Virus record (IMG/VR): IMGVR_UViG_3300037420_001924 | Coordinates: 1 to 49,864 of that record | Length of the DNA: 49,864 bases | Direction: 5' to 3' (one strand) | From: a virus | Taxonomy: Duplodnaviria; Caudoviricetes | Shown: positions 44,678-49,864 of the stretch, piece after piece | Layout: the number at the start of each line of letters is the position of its first letter | Numbering within the stretch: the first letter of the stretch is position 1 | Program-made: the position numbers and the translations under genes | The notes under the pieces: model-generated | Told to the model about the DNA's origin: nothing | Database searches by the model: none | The model's input: the letters and a program-made list of their open reading frames with translations, nothing else

Positions 44678-44878
44678 ATGAAACTTATACAGATGCGCCA
44701 TTTGTATTTCATGTCTTGTAGTTGGTATCCCTCCCCAATTAACTTGCCTTATTGGATGGAGTGTAGAAATGCTAATGACGAGATAGTGGCATACGTAAGA
44801 ATTAAGAGCTTTAAACGCATTTTGGGCCGAATAGAATTACCCAAAGCCGAAGAGTGCGACGCAAGTAAAGCCAAATAG
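44678..44878 (+). CDS. Small hypothetical protein ending in element copy 9
   Basis: C-terminus RIELPKAEECDASKAK read from the repeat. Confidence 0.5.
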   Translation: MKLIQMRHLYFMSCSWYPSPINLPYWMECRNANDEIVAYVRIKSFKRILGRIELPKAEECDASKAK

Positions 44879-44900
44879 TAGTAAAACAGCTAAGTTCCTA
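44830..44900 (+). repeat. ~70-bp dispersed element, copy 9
   Basis: AATAGAATTACCCAAAGCCGAAGAGTGCGACGCAAGTAAAGCCAAATAGTAGTAAAACAGCTAAGTTCCTA. Confidence 0.85.
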
Positions 44901-44904
44901 ATTC

Positions 44905-45960
44905 ATGCCCAACTTGGAAGACCTCTTTAAAGACTTTGAAGCCCGTAACCTTCGCATCATCGCCCGCAATGCACAAAAGATCCGGGCCTTGTACCAGGGC
45001 GCTATCATTGAAATCTCTTTGGTCGGTGCGACCATCAAGCTAAAAGAAGGGGTGTTTAAGCTTTCTAAATACCCTGCGCTGCAAAAGGTAGTGGAACGGG
45101 AGCTAAAAAAGCTACACGGATCGATTTATGCCACCCTTGTCAACTCCATAAAAGAAAGCTGGGACCTCGCCAATCAAAAAAACAACCTCTTTGTCGACCG
45201 ACGATTGGCAGGCAGGAAACCCACCCGTAAAGGACGGCAAATATTGTACGACCCCAACAGGGGCGCCTTAGAGCAGTTTTTAAACCGTAAGGAAAAGGGG
45301 TTAAACCTCTCCAAAAGGGTCTGGAATACGCTGGAGCCTTTTAAAACCCAACTGGAAACAGGGCTTGCGGTGGGTATATCGGAAGGTAAGAGTGCCGCAG
45401 AAATGGCTAAGCAACTCAAAAGTTTTTTAAACGAACCTGACCAATTATTTCGCAGAGTACGGCAAATAAAAGGTGATCCAAACAGTAAGTTGGTATTAAG
45501 CAAGGCGGCACAGGAATTCCATCCGGGCCGGGGCGTTTATCGTTCCTCCTACCAAAACGCCCTTAGATTGACCGCAACGGAAACAAACATAGCCTACCGA
45601 AGTGCAGATCATGAACGCTGGAAGAACCTTGCCTTCGTTATCGGTATTGAAGTAAAGACCTCCAACAACCACCCCGAATACGATCAGTGTGATCAGTTAA
45701 AGGGTGTATATCCCAAAGACTTTAAGTTCACCGGTTGGCACCCAAAATGCCTGTGTTTTTCAGTTCCTAAGCAGATGACGGATGAACAGTTTGATCAGTA
45801 CCAAGAAGCTATACTAAATGGAGAACAACTGCCACAGGTGCAGGGGATAGGAAAAATGCCGGAATCCTTCATGGGTTACGTCAAGGAAAATAAGAAGCGC
45901 ATAGAGGGCTGGAAATCGACCCCGTATTGGTATTCAGACAACAAACATTTATTAAAATAA
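44905..45960 (+). CDS. Minor head protein (SPP1 gp7/Mu F-like)
   Basis: LNLSKRVW, NALRLTATETNIAY, CDQLKGVYPKDFKFTGWHPKCLC. Confidence 0.85.
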   Translation: MPNLEDLFKDFEARNLRIIARNAQKIRALYQGAIIEISLVGATIKLKEGVFKLSKYPALQKVVERELKKLHGSIYATLVNSIKESWDLANQKNNLFVDRRLAGRKPTRKGRQILYDPNRGALEQFLNRKEKGLNLSKRVWNTLEPFKTQLETGLAVGISEGKSAAEMAKQLKSFLNEPDQLFRRVRQIKGDPNSKLVLSKAAQEFHPGRGVYRSSYQNALRLTATETNIAYRSADHERWKNLAFVIGIEVKTSNNHPEYDQCDQLKGVYPKDFKFTGWHPKCLCFSVPKQMTDEQFDQYQEAILNGEQLPQVQGIGKMPESFMGYVKENKKRIEGWKSTPYWYSDNKHLLK

Positions 45961-45995
45961 ATAAGCCCTGAAAGTAGGAAAACTACAGGGCTTAT
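45959..45995 (+). terminator. Hairpin after the minor head gene
   Basis: AATAAGCCCTG...CAGGGCTTATT. Confidence 0.55.
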
Positions 45996-46032
45996 TCGTA
46001 CATTAGCATTTCACCAAAAAACACTAATTACG

Positions 46033-46230
46033 ATGTCAAATCTAACACTTTTAGAAGTGAAAGAAGCCAAAAAAGTCTTACGTAGCGAAGTATCAGGCGC
46101 TATTACAAAATTCATAGATCAAACAGGAATTATCCCTACTTTAGAAGTTAAGGTGATAACATTTGATACTCTTATGTCTGATAAACCTGTAGTTGGCTCT
46201 GTTGAAGTAAATGTAAACGCCTCTATATGA
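46033..46230 (+). CDS. Hypothetical protein
   Basis: ORF track. Confidence 0.55.
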   Translation: MSNLTLLEVKEAKKVLRSEVSGAITKFIDQTGIIPTLEVKVITFDTLMSDKPVVGSVEVNVNASI

Positions 46231-46622
46231 CTACAACCCAACCCACCATCAAGGCAGAGGAATTAAGAATCGGAAATTGGGTATTGATGCAAAACCAATT
46301 GGAAGACTATTGGCCTATGCCTATTGAAGATGGGTGCGAAATATCAGGTGCTGAAAAATATAAACCCATTCCCTTAACCCCTGAGATACTTGAAAAGTAT
46401 GGGTTTGAAATGACGAATAGCAAAAACTATTTGTCGCTTCCTAATCAAAGTCATTTGTACGAATTGAGTATAGATGAAAATAATCTTGGCATACATTATC
46501 AGATGGTAACTAAAAGAAATGTAGAGCCAAGAACGGTTATAGGCAATCGTCTGCAATACCTCCATCAACTCCAAAACCTCTACTTCGCCCTCACTGGCGA
46601 AGAACTACAAATCAACTTATAA
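46227..46622 (+). CDS. Hypothetical Bacteroidota phage protein
   Basis: ELRIGNWV...PIPLTPEILEKYGF...YLHQLQNLYFALTGEEL family motif. Confidence 0.7.
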   Translation: MTTTQPTIKAEELRIGNWVLMQNQLEDYWPMPIEDGCEISGAEKYKPIPLTPEILEKYGFEMTNSKNYLSLPNQSHLYELSIDENNLGIHYQMVTKRNVEPRTVIGNRLQYLHQLQNLYFALTGEELQINL

Positions 46623-46758
46623 GACTATGAATGAGTAAAGCACGTTATAAGCCTACTATCATTTATTTAAGTTGTTGTAACAAAGGACTAGTAAAGTCAT
46701 ATAATTTTTTGAACAGACTTATAAAACCAAAGCGTAAAATTAACTATAGGATATTTTG

Positions 46759-46956
46759 TTAATCCACCATATCCGTATAGATCCATCCGGACACGCCTTC
46801 TGCTTTTTCAAACTTCACGTACCGCTTTCTTTTTCTTTCTAAATCCATAAACGGCACCAACACCACGCTTTTATCCGGTTGCAGGTAGAGGGGGATATAG
46901 AAACGAGCCTTTTCCGCCAGTTCCATCCCGGTAATATCACCGTAATAATGAAGCAT
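46759..46956 (-). CDS. Hypothetical protein
   Basis: ORF track. Confidence 0.5.
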   Translation of the reverse strand: MLHYYGDITGMELAEKARFYIPLYLQPDKSVVLVPFMDLERKRKRYVKFEKAEGVSGWIYTDMVD

Positions 46957-46981
46957 ACCCTAAATATAGCAAGCAGCGGGG

Positions 46982-47395
46982 TTACACCCCTGTAGAAGTT
47001 GTGTTAAGATCCCGTTGTAAGATTTCATCCCGAATTTTTGCAGCCTCTTCGTAGTATTCGTTTTCAATAGCTTCCTGTAAAAGATGTTTCAGCAACAACG
47101 TAGGAATATCCGATGGCTTAGGGGTATAATCTAATGAACTCGGCCAGGTATAAACCTGTGCATCCACCCTCGTACCGGGGCATACGTCCAATTTTTTAGA
47201 GAATGGATAGTCCAATACCTGAAGGAAGTGGGGTAGCGGATAAATGATGTCTTCCACGCCAATCATAGAACAATCCGCAATGCCTACGGCTTCATATTCC
47301 AATACTTTATAGCCTAAAGACTGCATGACGTTTTGAGGATGGCCCGTGTAGCCTTCCCTGTGGGCTCCGATCCAATCGTAGCGAAGAACTTTCAT
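46982..47395 (-). CDS. Hypothetical protein with UVR (UvrB/C) coiled-coil motif
   Basis: LQEAIENEYYEEAAKIRDEI. Confidence 0.65.
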   Translation of the reverse strand: MKVLRYDWIGAHREGYTGHPQNVMQSLGYKVLEYEAVGIADCSMIGVEDIIYPLPHFLQVLDYPFSKKLDVCPGTRVDAQVYTWPSSLDYTPKPSDIPTLLLKHLLQEAIENEYYEEAAKIRDEILQRDLNTTSTGV

Positions 47396-47529
47396 GGCTC
47401 TAAACTACCACTAAAAACAGGCATTTCAAAGCATTTATTCAACTTCCCTCTAAGTTGCCTTTACTGATTTTATCCTCCATGAACTCCCTTCTAATTTACA
47501 CTTCAAATCAAAAAGTTCTTTTCAATTCT

Positions 47530-48129
47530 ATGGTAGACAAAATCAAAGCACAACTAAAGGCGAAGCTACAGACTTTAGGTGTGAAGAACCTCTCCCAGGC
47601 AAGGATAGACGCGATAGCGGATAAACTTAGCTCAAAGATTACAGAGGAATCCCAAATCGACGACAAGCTGGACGAACTAAACGACATCATGCCCTTTGCG
47701 GATATTGCCCGCAATGATGACAGGCTCAGGACTTTGGAAGCAAAGACTGGGAAGCCGCAAGCCCAGCCCAAAAACGAGCCTACGGACGACGATCCCATGA
47801 AGGTACTCCTAGCGCAGATGCAGCAGCTAACGGAAAAAGTTTCCTCCTTTGAAAAAGAGAAAACCCAGGCTCACCTGCAAAAGAAGCTCCAGGAAAAGAT
47901 GGCCGAAAAGAAAATTCCCGCCATCCTCTTAAAAGGTAGATCGGTGGAATCGGAAGACCAGTTAGACCAGGTGCTTTCGGAGATCGAAGCCGACCACACC
48001 GCCTACAAACAGGAACTCGTCAACCAGGGATTTTCCCAAACCTCTGCTCCCGTGGGTGGGGTCAGTACGATTAAGTCGGAAAGCATCGACCAGGACATCA
48101 AAGCCTGGGCTGGAAAGGACAAAAAGTAA
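47530..48129 (+). CDS. Capsid scaffolding protein
   Basis: Charged helical protein upstream of the decoration and capsid genes; ATG 47530 preferred. Confidence 0.7.
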   Translation: MVDKIKAQLKAKLQTLGVKNLSQARIDAIADKLSSKITEESQIDDKLDELNDIMPFADIARNDDRLRTLEAKTGKPQAQPKNEPTDDDPMKVLLAQMQQLTEKVSSFEKEKTQAHLQKKLQEKMAEKKIPAILLKGRSVESEDQLDQVLSEIEADHTAYKQELVNQGFSQTSAPVGGVSTIKSESIDQDIKAWAGKDKK

Positions 48130-48153
48130 ATCACCTAAAAAAAATAACTAACA

Positions 48154-48510
48154 ATGGGTTTAATTCCAGTAAAAACAACCGCCTCTAATGGCGTGGTGGT
48201 TTTTCAAAGGATCGATACTGTCCTTCAGGGCGGGGCGTCTTTGGATGCTACCGGCCTTACGGCAGGCGACACGCTGGCCGCCGGCACCGCCATCATCGTA
48301 GATGAAGCGACCCGCAAGGCGACCGTAGTGGACGCTGATACAGACACTCCGACCGGCCTATTAGCCTCGGATGTCACAATTGCGGATGACGCCGAAGTGG
48401 TCGTAGTGTTGGAGGGTGTGGTCTACAAACGCCGCATTTCTCACGCCGCCTCCAAGACCGCAGCCATCATCGCCAAATTACCTCGAATCACATTCTCTAA
48501 CTCATTCTAA
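48154..48510 (+). CDS. Head decoration protein
   Basis: LAAGTAI...PTGLL..DV...GVV...LPRITF; lies between scaffold and capsid. Confidence 0.7.
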   Translation: MGLIPVKTTASNGVVVFQRIDTVLQGGASLDATGLTAGDTLAAGTAIIVDEATRKATVVDADTDTPTGLLASDVTIADDAEVVVVLEGVVYKRRISHAASKTAAIIAKLPRITFSNSF

Positions 48511-48525
48511 ACAGGACTATAAACA

Positions 48526-49611
48526 ATGGCACAAATTAAATCTGTATTTGGTGGCTACAGCGATAAGCTGCAAACCATCGTGGATAACAGCCTGGACAAA
48601 TTTGCTCCTGTTTGGTATCCCAAGTATTTCACCTTCGGCACCCCTCAGCTCAATCTTACCTATGTAAGTGTGCTGGGCGCTTCCCGGATTGAAGCCGCCG
48701 CCTCTATTATCGCCCGTGGCAGCGCAGCCCCGCTTCGCAGTAGGGCCACTTTAGACAAGCTCTCCGGGGAAATCCCCGCGATCGCCGAGAAGTTCAAGAT
48801 GGACGAAAACGACTACCGCAACTTCTACGCCATCCAGCAACTGCCCTTGGACGAAGCCGCCAAAAAGCAACAACTCTTAGACCTCTTATTTGGGGACGTG
48901 CAAAAGGCCGGTAACTCGGTGCATAAAAAACTGGATCAACTGGCCCTGCAGGCCGTTTCCACCGGGCAGATCACCATTGATGTCAACACGAACCCCGATG
49001 GTTACGTTTCCAGCGTAGCGGTTGACTTAGGGATGCCTTCCGGCAATAAGTCTAACGCCGCCGTCAATTGGGCTACTTCTGCCACCGCCACCCCGATTAC
49101 GGACATTCAAACCGTAGTGGAAGCCGCAGAAGCCGTAGGCCTGTCCTTCGCTGAAATTTTGATGTCGAGGGCCGTATGGCTGAAGTTCGCCGCCTGTAAG
49201 CAGGTGACCGATTCATTAACCGCCTACAACCAGCTTCAAAAAGGCGCTGCCGTAGCCACGCTGCAAAGGGTCAACGACTATTTGCAGGCGATGCAACTGC
49301 CCCCCATCACGATTGTAAACGAGCAGGTGGGCGTGGAAAAAGATGGGGTGACCACCGCTACCAAGCCGTTCTCTCAGACCAACGCGGTCTTTGTTCCGGC
49401 AGGCCCGCTGGGTAAGATCCACAACGCCCTGGCGCAGGAGCAATTAACCCCCGTAGCGAATGTTAGCTATGCTACGTTCAATCGGGCACTGATCTCTAAA
49501 TGGAGCCAAAATGAACCGTTTGGCGAGTACACCAAGGCTGAATTCAACGCCTTCCCAGGCTTTGAAGCCATCAACCAGGTCTACTTGTTAAGCACCACTT
49601 TGGCGTACTAA
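48526..49611 (+). CDS. Major capsid protein (phage cap E-like)
   Basis: AAASIIARGSAAPLRSR, GEIPAI, LQAVSTG, W..SATATPITDI. Confidence 0.9.
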   Translation: MAQIKSVFGGYSDKLQTIVDNSLDKFAPVWYPKYFTFGTPQLNLTYVSVLGASRIEAAASIIARGSAAPLRSRATLDKLSGEIPAIAEKFKMDENDYRNFYAIQQLPLDEAAKKQQLLDLLFGDVQKAGNSVHKKLDQLALQAVSTGQITIDVNTNPDGYVSSVAVDLGMPSGNKSNAAVNWATSATATPITDIQTVVEAAEAVGLSFAEILMSRAVWLKFAACKQVTDSLTAYNQLQKGAAVATLQRVNDYLQAMQLPPITIVNEQVGVEKDGVTTATKPFSQTNAVFVPAGPLGKIHNALAQEQLTPVANVSYATFNRALISKWSQNEPFGEYTKAEFNAFPGFEAINQVYLLSTTLAY

Positions 49612-49626
49612 TAAACGAGTTCTTTG

Positions 49627-49864
49627 ATGACCAACAAAGAAGCCCTTTTAGCAGTTTTGCAGGATGTTACCGTACCTGATTTGACAGCAGATAAAGTCCT
49701 ACTTGATGCTAATATAACAGGAACGGACATCTACGTCTCAGGCAGTGCAAAGCAGATAGACCTATGCGCTATTGAACTCTTATATGGCTTGTACACAAGT
49801 CCTGATGTAGGTGAAGGCGGTTACTCCGTAAGTCACCCCGACTTCCTGCGCAAGATCGAAAAAA
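49627..49864 (+). CDS. Head-tail connector protein (truncated by the window end)
   Basis: MTNKEAL...IDLCAIELL...PDVGEGGYSVS directly after the capsid gene. Confidence 0.6.
   Translation, partial: MTNKEALLAVLQDVTVPDLTADKVLLDANITGTDIYVSGSAKQIDLCAIELLYGLYTSPDVGEGGYSVSHPDFLRKIEK

Noticed and set aside
15831-44900. Integron attC sites or autonomous IS ends as the identity of the 70-bp element
   Set aside because: No RYYYAAC...GTTRRRY ends or long hairpin, no transposase, and the integrase looks like a standard phage type.
1-49864. Integrated prophage with host flanks, or stop-codon recoding
   Set aside because: No host housekeeping genes are present, and core genes are full-length under the standard code with TAA, TAG and TGA all used as stops.

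Overview
This window is most of the genome of a temperate siphovirus-type phage of a Bacteroidota host (TTTG-N19/20-TAnnTTTG promoters; Chitinophagaceae-like by inference). It is read in permuted order: tape measure/tail, lysis, cargo, attP and tyrosine integrase, repressor/Cro switch, early genes, recombination and replication, terminase, portal, capsid. The integrase sits mid-window next to an attP-like core resembling a tmRNA 3' end, so this looks like the excised or virion form. Three non-coding systems stand out. (1) A Ro60/Rsr (TROVE-vWA) operon with an unannotated 48-aa ribbon-helix-helix regulator and three tandem Y RNAs that share a co-varying scaffold but carry different inserts: a YrlA tRNA mimic, a D-loop/Thr-like hairpin and a Cys-anticodon-like hairpin. 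(2) A ~70-bp element present nine times at the borders of small accessory genes, twice as inverted pairs enclosing one gene. (3) A 750-bp ORF-free array of short hairpin units whose 5' parts are antisense to typical Bacteroidota start regions (ATGAAA/ATGAGA), possibly an anti-translation sRNA array. All functional calls come from motif recognition; no database searches were run.
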